A stretch of DNA of 64,000 nt from Sphaerodactylus townsendi (taxonomy: Eukaryota). The DNA lies in the NCBI RefSeq assembly GCF_021028975.2, contig NC_059437.1, positions 39,990,001 through 40,054,000 on the forward strand, given 5' to 3'. Positions within the stretch are counted from its first letter, which is position 1; every line of letters starts with the position of its first letter. This document shows, piece by piece, positions 50,287 through 62,800 of this stretch. The notes beneath the pieces are model-generated. The model had not been told where the DNA came from and did no database searches. It saw nothing but the letters and a program-made list of their open reading frames with translations. A program made the translations under genes and the position numbers.

Positions 50287-50383
50287 AAAGAACCACCTCA
50301 CCTCCACTGTTCAAAAGCTATACTTAAAGATATCCTGGTCTGGCCCAGTTGCCTGTTTTGGAGAGGCAGGAAAGGGCCAGCGT

Positions 50384-50656
50384 CTATTTCTTAGCCTTCT
50401 TCCCTCTGCCCTTCTTCCTCCTCTTGGTCCTCAGCAGCGACCGCACCAGGTAGCCTTTCCACAAGGCCTGGATGAGGGTGGCGGCTCGGGCCAGAATCGC
50501 CAGCTCTTTCTCGGCTTTCTCTCTCTCTTCCTGCTTCTGCAGCCTCTCCTCCTCAATCTGGCTGTACTCTTCGTTGAGGATGGCAAACTTCGCCCTCAGC
50601 TCTTCCAGCTGGGCCTTCTCCACCTTGTAGACCACGTTGATCTCCTCAAGCTCCTC
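50384..50656 (-). CDS. IQCD: IQCD terminal coding exon (IQ motif)
   Basis: EELEEINVVYKVEK...AATLIQALWKGYLVRSLLRTKRRKKGRGKKAKK*. Confidence 0.95.
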   Translation of the reverse strand, partial: EELEEINVVYKVEKAQLEELRAKFAILNEEYSQIEEERLQKQEEREKAEKELAILARAATLIQALWKGYLVRSLLRTKRRKKGRGKKAKK

Positions 50657-52078
50657 CTGATAGGACAGGGAAAGCCTGTTAGTGAGAAGAAAGTTACCCC
50701 TGCCCCATTTTTATCTATGGGCCTGGTCAGCAGATGCATATTGATTGGGACTGTGGCTCCGTCCACCCAGCCCTACCCACAGCAGGATATGAGTGTGCCA
50801 GCCCCACTTCTGTGAGATTGCCAGTTTGTGTCTACACATTCCCTCCTCTACTATGTTTGGGAATAAACGTCTCCAGTCACGGGGAGGGAGTATGCACGTA
50901 GACACTGCTTGGTGCATGTAGGTGCTGTGCATGGAGGGGGCGGAGCACACTGGCTTCTGTGTAGGGGCCTTCAGTTGCTTCTCCTCAGTGAAAGCTTCCA
51001 AAGGGAGCTCCTGCCCATTATAAGAGTGCAAAGGTGTTCTTACTCTGCTGCAATTCGAGCTTGGGCCTCCCTTCCTCCCGCTTTATAACCCACTTCTTAG
51101 CATCCTTATACTTCCCATCGTCTCATTTTACAGCAGCACCAAGCTATTGGCATATAAGACAACAGAGGTAACATACAGAGGAAAAAACAAAAGCCAGATT
51201 TAAAACAATCCCCAAAGAGAATGAGAACAAAGAATCTCTTAATAACAGAGTGACACAACAAAGTTTAAAAAAACAGAACTATCCTCAGGGTGTATAATTT
51301 CTAGCAAAAACTTGGCCACCAATTCACAAACTACAAGATCAGGGTTATTTAGAAAGTATAAGATCTTTTGAGTATCTGAAATCCTGTCACAGTTCAAGGG
51401 AAGAGCATTTGCCTATTTCCCCCTAATTAGTTTCATTGCGCCATTTTTTGTACCTCATAAGAACATAAGAAACAGCCAGCTGGATCAGACCAGAGTCCAT
51501 CTAGTCCAGCATTCTGCTACTCGCAGTGGCCCACCAGGTGCCTTTGGGAGCTCACATGCAGGATGTGAAAGCAATGGCCTTCTGCGGCTGTTGCTCCCGA
51601 GCACCTGGACTGTTAAGGCATTTGCAATCTCAGATCAAAGAGGATCAAGATTGGTAGCCGTAAATTGACTTCTACATAAATCTATCCAAGCCCCTTTTAA
51701 AGCTAAAACCTCGTTCTCCTTTTGACTGTACAGGAATGGCCCAAGCACTCAAACTATGCCAGGGTGTCGCAACTGACCCTGGGATGGTGGGTCATCCTGA
51801 CAAGCTTATTGGGTCGTAGGACCCCAGTGCAGACCCTGAGTTCAGCACCAGCAGAACTGTTCCATCTAATTAGGAGCTGGGAGGAGTAGCTTGGTTTTGT
51901 GATCTAGCGGTAAGAAACTAATTCCATAAGATGCAAAAGAGCAGAAAGAGCCATTCTACCTTGGAACTTTGAACAATTTGAGCACATCCATGTTTTTTTT
52001 TTAAACGACACTGTAGAAGAAAACAATTCTGCGAAGCAAGGAGGCTCAAAGGAAGGCATGTGGGCTAACGAGAGGTAC

Positions 52079-52150
52079 CTGTTTTTCTATCATCTCAATG
52101 TCGTACTTCTGGATCCAATTCTCTATTTCTGTCTCCACTTTATATTTCTT
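52079..52150 (-). CDS. IQCD: IQCD third coding exon
   Basis: [24 protein letters not shown]|gtacct; near-identical to human. Confidence 0.95.
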
Positions 52151-52477
52151 CTAGAATAAGCAACACACACACACAAAAATAATTTTCAGTTAGAAATCAG
52201 AGGCTACCTTTCCCAGGGATGAAGCACTGATGTAGGGCAGTCCCAATATTGGGATATGATCTTCCCATAGATTGGGAAGAGAACTACATAGACAATCTTG
52301 CAGCAGCTTTAAGGAATCTGAAATTCAAAGGCCCTTGCTGCACGGGTGGGCGAGCGGGGGTGGACCGACATAGTTGCAGTTGGTGCACCCCCTGGGGCCG
52401 TTCGCACGCTGTTCTGTGAACGGCCTTTGATTTTGGATGCAATAGAGGTTGTTTCCAAGGTAGTGTGCTTAGGATAA

Positions 52478-52748
52478 AGAAAAGAAGAAGAGTTTGGATT
52501 TATACCCCACCTTTCTCTCCTGAAAGGAGACTCAAGGTGGCTTACAAGCTCCTTTCCCTTCCTCTCCCCACACAGACACTTTGTGAGGTAGGTGGGCTGA
52601 GAGACTTCCGTAGAACTGTGACTAGCCCAGGGTTACACAGCAGGAATGTAGGAGTGTGGAAACACATCTGGTTCAGCAGATAAGCCTCTGGCACTCAGGT
52701 GGAGGAGTGGGGAATCAAACCTGGTTCTCCAGATTAGAATCCACCTGC
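52478..52748 (-). mobile_element. Squam3-like SINE
   Basis: Near-full consensus. Confidence 0.8.
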
Positions 52749-52804
52749 TGGCTCTTTAAACAGCAAATCTAAGATCCCCTGAACTCCTATTACCCTGCAG
52801 CTAC

Positions 52805-53038
52805 CTTTCGAAGAGCATACTCCATTTCTCGGTTTTCAGCAATGAGGGCATTGAGCTGGGCCCTCAGCTGCTGTATATCCTGCGTCATCTTGCCGCACTT
52901 GGCCTGAGAGGTACGCAGTTCCCCCTTCTGCTGCTTCTCCGCTTCAGCTTTGGTACGCTGGATTTGGTTTTCAGAAAACTTTGCCAGACTGTGCAAGTGG
53001 GCTTTCAGGTCCTTGATGGCGCCATTCTTCCTGGAAAT
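52805..53038 (-). CDS. IQCD: IQCD second coding exon
   Basis: ISRKNGAIKDLKAHLHSLAKFSENQIQRTKAEAEKQQK...ENREMEYALRK|gtagct. Confidence 0.93.
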
Positions 53039-53230
53039 CTGAAAGAGATGTAAGACTCTCAGTACCACATGAAAAGGTGTGCGAAGGCATGTGCACCAGC
53101 AACGACAACAAAAAAATACACAAAAAAGGAATCCTATGGCGGCTCACAAACCCAGCAGGTTGAGCTTTATGACACACTTGAGGATTCTGATGTATCAGCT
53201 GGAGATGTTACTCCCACCTAATAATACTTA

Positions 53231-53381
53231 GGCCCCTTCCGCACATGCAGAATGATGCACTTTCAATCCACTTTCAATGCACTTTGCAGCTGAATTTTAC
53301 TGTGCGGAATAGCAAAATCTACTTGCAAACAATTCTGAAAGTGGATTGAAAGTACATTATTCTGCATGTGCAGAAGGGACC
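53231..53381. mobile_element. Palindromic PIF/Harbinger-like MITE in an IQCD intron
   Basis: Same TIRs as the 5055 copy; TTA TSD. Confidence 0.88.
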
Positions 53382-53791
53382 TTATATCCTTCCATCATAT
53401 GTCTGGTTAGAAACTTGCTCCCATTAACGATAGAAGGTTTACATTGGTCCCTACTTCATGTCCCCCCCATCCCGAAGTAAGGGGGGGAGGAATGAAGTCC
53501 TCCCAGTGGTAGGATCGTAACTGTTGTATGGCCCCCTCCTACTTTGTTAAGCTTTATGCATCAGGGGATGGCATTTTTCACCCTGGTCATTCCATTAGTT
53601 TATCAATTTTTTAAAGGGATGTTGTGCGTTGCTTCTTTAATGATTTACACAGCTTTTTTAAAATGCTCTTATTTAAACTGCTTCTTTATTCTGCTTTTTT
53701 TTACAATTGTATACACCAGATAACTGGTGAATAAATGAAGCGCTTTCCCCATCTGCTGTCTAGTGGTATCCTTACGCCCCCTCCCCAGTAC

Positions 53792-54480
53792 CTCCTCATC
53801 ACGATTGTGAATCGCTGATGCCAGCTCATCCTCCAAAGCCGCAATTGCCTCCATGTTTTTCATGTCCCGGAGGGCAATTTCTTTCATAAATTTCATTTTT
53901 TCTTTTTCCTCCAACGGAGTGGTAAGGAGCATCTCAAACAGAAACCTCCGGAGCCCCAACAGGCCTCTGAGTAAAACATCAGCAGTTGGGCTCCTGGCAA
54001 AGGCTGTGTCTCTCACTGCCCGACAAGCTAGGGGGTTCATATAAAACAAGCGCACAATGTTTCGGACTGAACTTCTTAAGCCTTGGATGTGCAGATAAAG
54101 CTTCCCTTCCTCGGCAGCAAATATGTGCTCTCTCCCACCCCCTGAAGCAGGAGCCCAGCTAACTTGAAATTGCTGGTCCAAGTGTTAGCTTCGCATATTG
54201 TTGGAAAACGCCAAGTGTTCTTTCAAAGAAGCATGCCAGTTCTTGCACTAGCAGTGATGTTGAAACCTTCAAGGTTCTCCATAATGTACGAGAACATAGT
54301 GACCAGCTCTACCTTAATGATGGCATCATCTAAGACAGATATGATCCTCTTGGTCTCAACTGTGGTCAGTTTTGACCGGCCAGGATCCAGGATCTTTAGC
54401 GGTCGTTTGAGGGGCGTCCGTGGGGACCCAGTCATAGGGTCAACAGACTCAATGGATGAAGTGAGCGCTTTGGTCGCCAT
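53792..54480 (-). CDS. IQCD: IQCD (DRC10) first coding exon, frame disrupted in this sequence; join with 53038-52805, 52150-52079, 50656-50384
   Basis: MATK...[27 protein letters not shown] and [23 protein letters not shown]...NRDEE|gtactg match human IQCD but lie in different frames, with TGA 54223-54225 and TAA 54185-54187 between them. Confidence 0.85.
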
Positions 54481-55384
54481 CCTGTCAACTGAGTAAGTTC
54501 ACAGCATGTGCTTTTGAGCAGTTTGGACCTTCTATACCAAGACTTCCAGACACTTTGACACTTCTGGCTTCCGTGAGCAGATCTGCTAATAAAACAAGTT
54601 AGGTGACAGGATTAGAATGGCAATGCAGTTCAGTAGCACAAGACAGCTTAAAATGACATGGAGATGCTTGCGCAATGGAACTGGTGCATCCATGTTTATG
54701 ATGCTCTTGCAACCAAAGGTAGGAGGATGTGGGTCTGTGGGCTGGACTATGTAGCCGGACAGATATTTTCAGTGGCAACTGGTGGCATGAGAAAAGGCAG
54801 ACGTCAAGCTGGAGGATGGAAAAAGAGGTGAATTCTGATAATATTTAAAGACCAGGGTAAGACAGGCAGATGTCTATACTACTGGGCTGATTTTGTTCTC
54901 AGGAGTATCAGATAACTGTTGTGAAATCAGGCAGAATTATATGGGTTGTGTTTGTAAGGTTCAGTGGAGAAGGAAGGATTTAGTAATGGCTACATCAGAG
55001 AGCATGCGTGTGAAAGAGCCTGCATGGGCCAGCTTAGACTAACAGTGGAGCTCAGGTCGATCACTATATGTAAGAAGTAATTTCCTGTGTGGCTTTTAGA
55101 TGAGTGAATGGGGCATGTAACTATATAAGGCTCACTCATAACTTTCCATATGTTATGTGACAGCATGCAATCCTAGGCTTGTGCCCCAACACATGTGCCA
55201 AAGTGTGGCCAAGGGTTGCTAAAAGCCCTGGAGAAAATTATCCTGTCCTTTGAACAGAGGTTTGGAAATGGTAAAGCTTTTCGTGACATGGAGGTAAAGT
55301 ACATCCAAACCTGCTAAATAACCTGTATTAAAGAAACCCAAAGTCTAATATTAACAGAGGTGGGGTAATAAATTCTGTATTTTA

Positions 55385-55729
55385 TACACACACAAACGTA
55401 TGCATATGTGTGTGTGTGTGTGTATAAATACATACACAGATATTTACACANNNNNNNNNNNNNNNNNNNNNNNNNNNNNNNNNNNNNNNNNNNNNNNNNN
55501 NNNNNNNNNNNNNNNNNNNNNNNNNNNNNNNNNNNNNNNNNNNNNNNNNNNNNNNNNNNNNNNNNNNNNNNNNNNNNNNNNNNNNNNNNNNNNNNNNNNN
55601 NNNNNNNNNNNNNNNNNNNNNNNNNNNNNNNNNNNNNNNNNNNNNNNNNNNNNNNNNNNNNNNNNNNNNNNNNNNNNNNNNNNNNNNNNNNNNNNNNNNN
55701 NNNNNNNNNNNNNNNNNNNNNNNNNNNNN
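55385..55729. other. (CA/TG)n microsatellite followed by an assembly gap (N 55451-55729)
   Basis: 279 N bases directly visible. Confidence 0.98.
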
Positions 55730-55867
55730 CTATGTCCATGCTGTTCATATTAAAGATATTACAGATCTTTCTCAAACCCGCTTTTCCAAAGATTTTTAAA
55801 AGAACTGTTTTAAACTGCTCCTCGTATGGAGGCTGTTCCAACTCTTTGATCCTTGTGGCAGACTCAC

Positions 55868-56110
55868 CCGAAAGAAGCCCTGCAAAAAAATAAAGGAAAT
55901 AAAACCCAACGCCAGGCCGTTTCCCTGCAGAAAAAAAAGTCCAGCTCTGCCTGTTGCTTAGCAACCTTGTCTCACAATGAAAAAAAGTGATACCTTGGAA
56001 CTTTGGAAGGGGAGGGACTTAATTGGACAAGTCACCAATCCAAACCTCCGACGTCCATCTGTCTTTCACTCGTCAGCATCGAGAGGCTTGGCCAATAGAA
56101 TTGGGACGGA
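55868..56110 (-). promoter_or_regulatory. IQCD promoter and putative non-coding exon 1 with RFX X-box and CCAAT boxes
   Basis: GTTGCTTAGCAAC (55953-55965); several CCAAT/ATTGG at 56020-56105; minus-strand donor CGG|GTGAGT at 55867; matching TAG/CAG acceptor at 54586/54583. Confidence 0.65.
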
Positions 56111-57499
56111 GCGTTTAAAGAGGAGAGTTCCTGTCCCGCCTTTTTTCCATCAAAAGGAAGAGACGACTAAATCTATACTTCAGGTTCCCTCTCTGTTCTA
56201 GTGGGACGGAGGCAGAATTGAGAGGGACCCACAGAACTCGGAAGTAACTTTTGTGTTAGTTGGAAATAATTGATCCGTTATGAAATGTTTATTTAGTACA
56301 ATTTTGGGTCGATGTCTTCTCTGTTCAATTCTTATCTACTCTATAGTATCTTTTCTAATTTTATTCTGTTAAATATATTGCGAAAATCAGTTAAAAAAGA
56401 AATAATAAAGTACTGACCGACTGTAACAAAGCTACCTATAATGTTTGCTTTATTTTGAATAATTAAATAGGGAAACGTAAATTACTTTTAAGCAAAAGTT
56501 GCACCGGATCAACGAGCGCCCACTGGAAAGTTAGATCTGAAATGCTAATAAAGACTGAAAGAATGTATTCTTGCATTTTTGTATTTCAGTTGTATGCCAA
56601 CCATTACACACACAAAAAGGAACAAAAGAAAGGGCATGGTAAATTCCTTAAAAACCCTCTTGAGTACTCTCCCATTTTGCATTCATAGGTGGATGAAGCC
56701 CGAAATGCATAGCTGTGTTTCCTTTCCCCCCCGCTTCTCTACATAACAACACTAAGATGGTGCAATCGGGATTGGTTAGAGAGATATACGTGCAAACAAA
56801 AAATAAAAGTTGCATCGCGTACAAAGAGCTAGAAGCGTACTAGCGTGATACACATCCTCAACTTCCGTTACAAATTACAACTCTCTGTCGTTCATTCAGG
56901 AGCAATATGAACTCACGTGGATTCCGCACAGCATATTTATAACGCATTGCAATTGTTGTGAACGAACTCGTTTTCCCGAAGGGAATCCACTCCACACTGG
57001 TGTAATTCTTGGCTTTAAGGAGAATTGCAAGGAGGGCAGATTTCACTTCAGAGCAACCTTATGTGTGCTTATTCAGAACGAAGTCCTCCTGAATTCCAAA
57101 GAGGAGTCTTATGGGAGAAATTTGCGTGATGTATGTAAGCGTCCTGTCAGCTGGATTTCGTCTGCTTATCTTATGTGCACCCGCATCCTTGCAGACTTTA
57201 GGCCAGACTTCCCATTTCTTTGCCTCGCGACTTTTGCCTCTCACGCTGAAGGAAACTAAACAGCCCCATGCCGCCGAAATGAACCCTGAAGTCGTAGTTT
57301 GAGACAAAAGAATTCCAATGGTTGAACCCATTCAGCGAAAGCCTTGACGTCAACACACTTGCGCCGCTCGGCTTCTACAGAGGGAAGATAAGCAGTATAC
57401 GTAATACACTTCGGGTTCCCATTAATGCGGTGCTGTGTGCAGATGGGTAGCGGGAAGGAGGCTAAGTGTGTCATCTTTTAAAGACGCTTTCCTGGGAGT

Positions 57500-58260
57500 A
57501 AGCCCTATTGAATAACATGACGCTTATTTCTGCGTATACGTTAGGATGGCTTCTAAAGTGTAAAATGTTCATCCAACACGCTGCGTAACTGTGCTTGATC
57601 CCCCCCCTTGCATTCGTGATCTTCCCACTCCCGACTGCAGCGGCATAATTCCACGGAGCCTGCGGAACCCCCCGCATCATGATCTGAGGAAAGCGGGGAG
57701 AGAGCAGTTGCGTGGCTTTCCCCCAATCCCTAAGGAAAAGACCGAGATGTGTCGCCGAACAAGCTTTTCCTTCAGAATGGAGGCGGAGGGACAAGCGGCG
57801 GCGAAATGGCCGTCCGAAGGAAAGACCCCCCCCCCCCCTTAACCCTCCATTCAGCTTCTCCTCCCTTGTGACCAACCCAGGAATTGCTTCCGCCGGTAGC
57901 GGGACAGCGAGGAAAAAGACGCCCCCCGCCCGCGGTGGTTGTTGTTTGTGTGTGGGGTGGGGGGTGGGGACCTTCCACCCTTCTCTCCCCACCCACTTAT
58001 GCCGGAGTGCGGAAAGTGGAGCTGGCCGGTCAAAAGACCCGCCATCCGAGGCTGACTCGTTGCAAACGTGCTCCCCGAAGGCCGGACTACGTTGCAAGGC
58101 TTGTAGGTCTAAGAGGCGAGGTCTGGGGGCTCAGGCGTGAGTCGGGGGTCCTGGGTTCTCCGGGGGTCGGTGGGCCAGCTGCACTGGAAGGAAGCGGGGT
58201 GAGTGGGTGGGAAGGACACCCTCCGTAAGCGCTCAGATGCACGGATCCGGTTTGCTGTTT
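57500..58260 (+). promoter_or_regulatory. CpG island / probable TPCN1 promoter and non-coding first exon
   Basis: High CpG/GC content; candidate donors GTGAGT at 58137 and 58199; long polypyrimidine acceptor ending at 58554. Confidence 0.6.
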
Positions 58261-58852
58261 CGTTTCTTGGTTTCAAAAAGAGACTTTCAAAAACTGTATC
58301 CCTTTTAGTTGCAAGATCAAAGCCACCAGGACTTATAAAAGACACCCCCCCCCCCCCACCACCACACGCACACATTTGTGAACTAACATAGATAGATTGC
58401 ATCTACTTTATCAGGCTAAAAGTAAACAGAGCTGCATACTTTTCTTAGGCAGGGTAGTAGCATCTGATAGTTGCACATGACAGCTCATTGTTGGGTGTTG
58501 GTTTTTTTTAACACTTCCTTTCTTTCTCCACCTCCCTTCCCTCCCCATCCTAAGGGTGCTGAGGTCAGAGAAGGATGCTGCCCAACCAGTTTGGGAAGCG
58601 GCAGCGGCAGCAGTAAGCTTTGGCCTTTCAAAAGTACGTGTGGGCATCCACCAGAAGAGTTCTTCCACTCTGCTTGCAACAACATTTTTCCCCGGGACCA
58701 GGGGGTTCCAGGATATGAAGGAGATGTCTTCCTGGATTGTTCTGAGTTTGGAAGATGATCCTAATCTTTGACAAAGCAGTGATAAAAGCGGCTGCTTAGA
58801 ACATTTCCTGGGCCAAAAATAACAACAACAACACCAACAACCAGAAGGTGGT

Positions 58853-58949
58853 ATGGCTGTGAACGTGGAAGATGACGACGTGCCCCTTATTCTCACTTTG
58901 GATGACAGCCGAGGCCATGGCTCTGCGCCAGAAGAACCCCCCAGGGAAA
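58853..58949 (+). CDS. TPCN1: TPCN1 (two-pore channel 1) first coding exon; gene continues beyond the window
   Basis: MAVNVEDDDVPLILTLDDSRGHGSAPEEPPRE A|gtaaga; human MAVSLDDDVPLILTLDE; acidic dileucine-type sorting motif DDVPLI; synteny. Confidence 0.9.
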
Positions 58950-60120
58950 GTAAGATCAGCTTCTCCCTTTGGTAGTACAGTTTATGTTTCTGTGCAGCGT
59001 TGTTTTTCTCATCGCAGATCTCTGTTCCTGCAAACAGGAAAAAGTGACGTTTGATGGCAGTGTGCCTTAGAACAACTTCATGCTTTACGGGGTGGCTATT
59101 GTGAGATGTTAGGTGGTGATGGCCACTAATCTGGATAGCTTTAAAAGGGGCTTGGACAGATTTATGAAGGAGAAGTCGATTTATGAAGGAGAAGTCGATC
59201 TTGATCCTCCTTGATCTAAGATTGCAAATGCCTTAGCAGACCAGGTGCTCAGGAGCAGCAGCAGCAGCAGAAGGCCATTGCTTTTACATCCTGCCTGTGA
59301 GCTCCCAAAGGCATTTGGTGGGCCATTGCGAGTAGTAGAGTGCTGGACTAGATGGACTCTGGTCTGATCCAGCAGGCTCTTTCTTATGTTCTTATTGTCT
59401 GTTGGTTCACATGGTCATAGTTGATTCCAGCTCTTGAAGTATATCTGAATGATAGGTTAATGTGCATGCATGCAGGCTTGTTGTTAGGTTTTTGAATATT
59501 TGTGTGCCTGCTAAAATGTGTGAAGCGTCATTTATGCTCCTGCTGATTGTGTATCTCATGCAGGATTTTGTACCCTACAAGGCGGTGGTTCGGATTTGGG
59601 GAGCCAAAATAGAATCCCAGAGTCCTCTGTTGTTGTTCTTTGATGCCCTTTAACTCTTCACAGGATGGAGTTTATACATCTGTTGGAAGCCATAGTGGTT
59701 TGCGTGCTGAAGAGGAGGAAGTTTTATATGCACACATAGTATTCCCATAATAAACCGGTCAGATCAGTGATAAGTGCTTCAGTTTAGATTTACACCTATT
59801 CCCTTGCTTGACTGCATGCTTCAGTGCTCTTTATTATTGTTGGTAGTGGAAAATGGCATCAAGTTGCATCTGACTTCTGACAAGCTCATAACATTTTCAA
59901 GGCAAGACACATTTAGAGGTGGTTTGCCATTGCCTTCCTCTGCATAGTGACCTTGCAGTTCCTTGGTTGGCCTCCCATTCAGATACCAACCAGGATCCCA
60001 AATCTAGTGATCCTGCTCAGTGTCCAAGTCTAATGAAATCAGCCTAGCCTGAACCATCCACATCAGAGCAGTAATACTGCTAAAGTGTGCTTAAACCAAA
60101 GTATGCCCCTCAAAATACCT

Positions 60121-60606
60121 GGGCCGTTTCCGCACGAATGTGGAAGCGGCCGGATTGGCGTACTCGACGCCCACCCGGCCGGCAGCTGGGACCGTCCCTG
60201 CGAGACGGTCCCAAACGCTGGGGAAGGCGAGCACCACTGAAGCCGTCGCCCTGCTCTCCGGCTCGTCCGGCCCGTGGCAGAGACGCAGGGGACGCGCCTC
60301 CCTGCCCCTCTGCCTGCGGTGCAGAGCGAAGTGATGTCCCCAGGCCCCGGCAGCAACGCCCGGCTGAAGAGCGCAAGTAAAGAAGCGAGGGTGGAGTGGG
60401 GAGAGGCGGCTGGGAGCCGGCATTTCCCCAGCAGAAGCTTCCCAGCTCTGCGAAAAGCCCGGCGTGGATGGAGTGCTTGAGATGAAGCGTGAGAGGCGCG
60501 CCAGCTGCGATGCAGCTCGCATGCCTGTGCAAATGGCTGGCCTGGGGGGCCGGTACGTTTTGCCGATCCCCATTCGCATATATTCAGCCCGATGCGGGCT
60601 TGGCCC
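60121..60606. mobile_element. GC-rich Harbinger-like element in a TPCN1 intron
   Basis: GGGCCGTTTCCGCAC...TGCGGGCTTGGCCC imperfect TIRs; isolated CpG-rich block. Confidence 0.55.
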
Positions 60607-62399
60607 TGGAGAATTAAGCTGATAAATTGTGCAACTAGTGCTCATGGCAGAGGGTATTCCAGAGTTATTTTTATGTTTGTGCTAGGCCAGGAGATCTGAG
60701 ATTGATTTTGTTTTGTTTTTTAAATGTGCTTGTTGGGGATTGATATTTTGATAGGTGAAACAATGTTGGGGCTCGGGGCATTCAATCAGTTCCTCTCTGT
60801 GTTTTTCTCCTCAAAAGGTTAAGTCTTTATATTTATTTTGTTTATTTATTATTGGGTTTATTATACCGCCCTACCCCCAAAGGGCTCTGGGCAGTGAACA
60901 ACATAAATCGCATATACAATAACCCTTAAATACATTAAAACAGTTTAAAACGCAGCGATCAGTAAAACAATGTCCGCAATAACCCTCATTAAAAACCTCC
61001 CAAAAGGGGGAAGGAAACGGGTCCCATAGATGGAGAGGGACCCAAAAGATAAAAAAGAAGAGGAGGAGGAGGGAGCAGGGGGCTCCTGTCAGCGACTGGA
61101 CACTCCAAAAGCCCAGCAGAACAACTCCGTCTTACAGGCCCAGTATGCACATACTGGAGCACTCCAACTGATTCAGCAACACACTACTAATGTTCTAATG
61201 ACTCTTATAGGTGGAACTTCCCCTGTAGTGTGTAACTTGGCTGGCTAGCTTGAGTAATCTGTTTAGTTTGGATCTTTCCATAAAGGCTTCAATTAAGGAA
61301 CCAGATCCTGAGAATTTATTTGTGAATGTCTCCCTCATTGCCAAAAGAGAAAAACACCCCTTTGTGTCCTGCTTTATCAACATCTGGGTGAAAGTGTCTT
61401 CCTTGTACTTAGGGAGATGAAATGGCCTTGTTAACATTATCCTTTGGACTTGCCACTTTAACCTTTTATCCCTGATTAACCTGAGATCCCTGTGTTTTAA
61501 GGCAACAGCATCACATGTAAAGTATGTCAAATTTTCCCAATGGCCTTGAGCACGCAGTCAGAGTTAAAAACAGGATCCTTTTGATGGACCTGTGGACAGT
61601 CAGTGTGGGTTGTTTAGAAGGGTTGTTAATGGTGAGCCTATGGACGATGCCCGTGTGCTGGGCTCCATAAGCATCACACTCACTGTTTTAAAAGAACAAC
61701 CGTCATCTTTTGTATAAGCATTTTGCTCCAGCACATGGTGATGCTGTTAAAGAGAGAGCTCTTGCATTTCTCAACTATACTGGTATAATGATTCTTTTCA
61801 GACAATGCACTATAAGTAGCTGTTCCGCGCAGCATAATGCTCTTGTTGCATGACATCCCATAGTAGCTACTCAGACCTTTAACATCTGCTCACCCTTGCA
61901 ATAAAACTCACAGCATAGCCAGGAGAACTGGGGCATCTTCCTCTGTTACCTTTTTCCCCACACAGAAATGGATTTGTTGGAAACGAGTATTTTATATTGC
62001 GAGAAGACACTTTGCTGTGTGACAGTGCAGAGCTTCGGAACAATAGTGAGTTGATATTAGAGGATTATTTTATTAGACAGCATTTTAAATTGTATTGTTT
62101 GCAGAAGGGAGAAATTACTAGAGCTCATTGTAGTAATATGAGGGGCTGGAAGAAAAGAGTAGATTTTCTTGGAGATACAGAAGAGAAAGTTGACAGTGAA
62201 TAATGAGAAAGGAAGAGAGGGTGGATAGCAAAAACTGTCTGTAAAGAGGCAACTTGGGAGATTGCTTTCAACCTTGGACCATGCTGACTCTCCTTTTGAT
62301 TTCTTATATCTGCTGAAATGTCATCCTTTGGCCTTGCCATGGGGCTGTCCCAAGGATTAGTCATTCTGTTTATTTACGCTCAAAGACTAGCATGGATTA

Positions 62400-62800
62400 A
62401 AAGCACAATATAAAAGACCATCACAGTTTCATTAGTTCCAGTCACCCAATTAAAACAACATCTATCCCCTATATCAATCATGCCATCTTATCCAGAATCC
62501 TTTTTCATAACTTGCAAGCTGCTGTATCAAATGTAACGGTCACCTTATGCATTATATCAGCCTTTTTAAAATCAGGAAGCAAGAGGGCCAAATAGAATTG
62601 CCATATTCGCCCAGAGTGTTTCATAAGTAATGGCGATTTAAAGGCACCCCCAATCTGTGTGCAAAAGACACAGTTCATCAACACATGCTCAGCAGTCAGT
62701 GCTGCCATCCCTGCACCGGTACAGTTGCCTGGCAAAAGGGGTTTTCTTATATCTCCCATCTAATACAGCTGAGGGAAGAGCACTCAAGGATAAGTCTTTG
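62400..62800 (-). mobile_element. Old degenerate LINE C-terminal remnant
   Basis: Translation ...CTGAG...TAEHVLMNCVF...FKSPLL resembles the C-terminal CCHC-type knuckle of LINE ORF2. Confidence 0.45.

Noticed and set aside
55314-55964. Long ORFs in the ORF track
   Set aside because: Artefacts of translating through the N gap
56700-57200. Unknown gene between IQCD and TPCN1
   Set aside because: No splice-compatible ORF; minus-strand fragments (EVEDVYHA..L..C) look like a decayed LINE tail
57471-58228. Overlapping 100-200 aa ORFs in the CpG island (also 3594-4175, 48933-49414, 60091-60645)
   Set aside because: Stop-poor GC-rich promoter or transposon sequence; no recognisable domains
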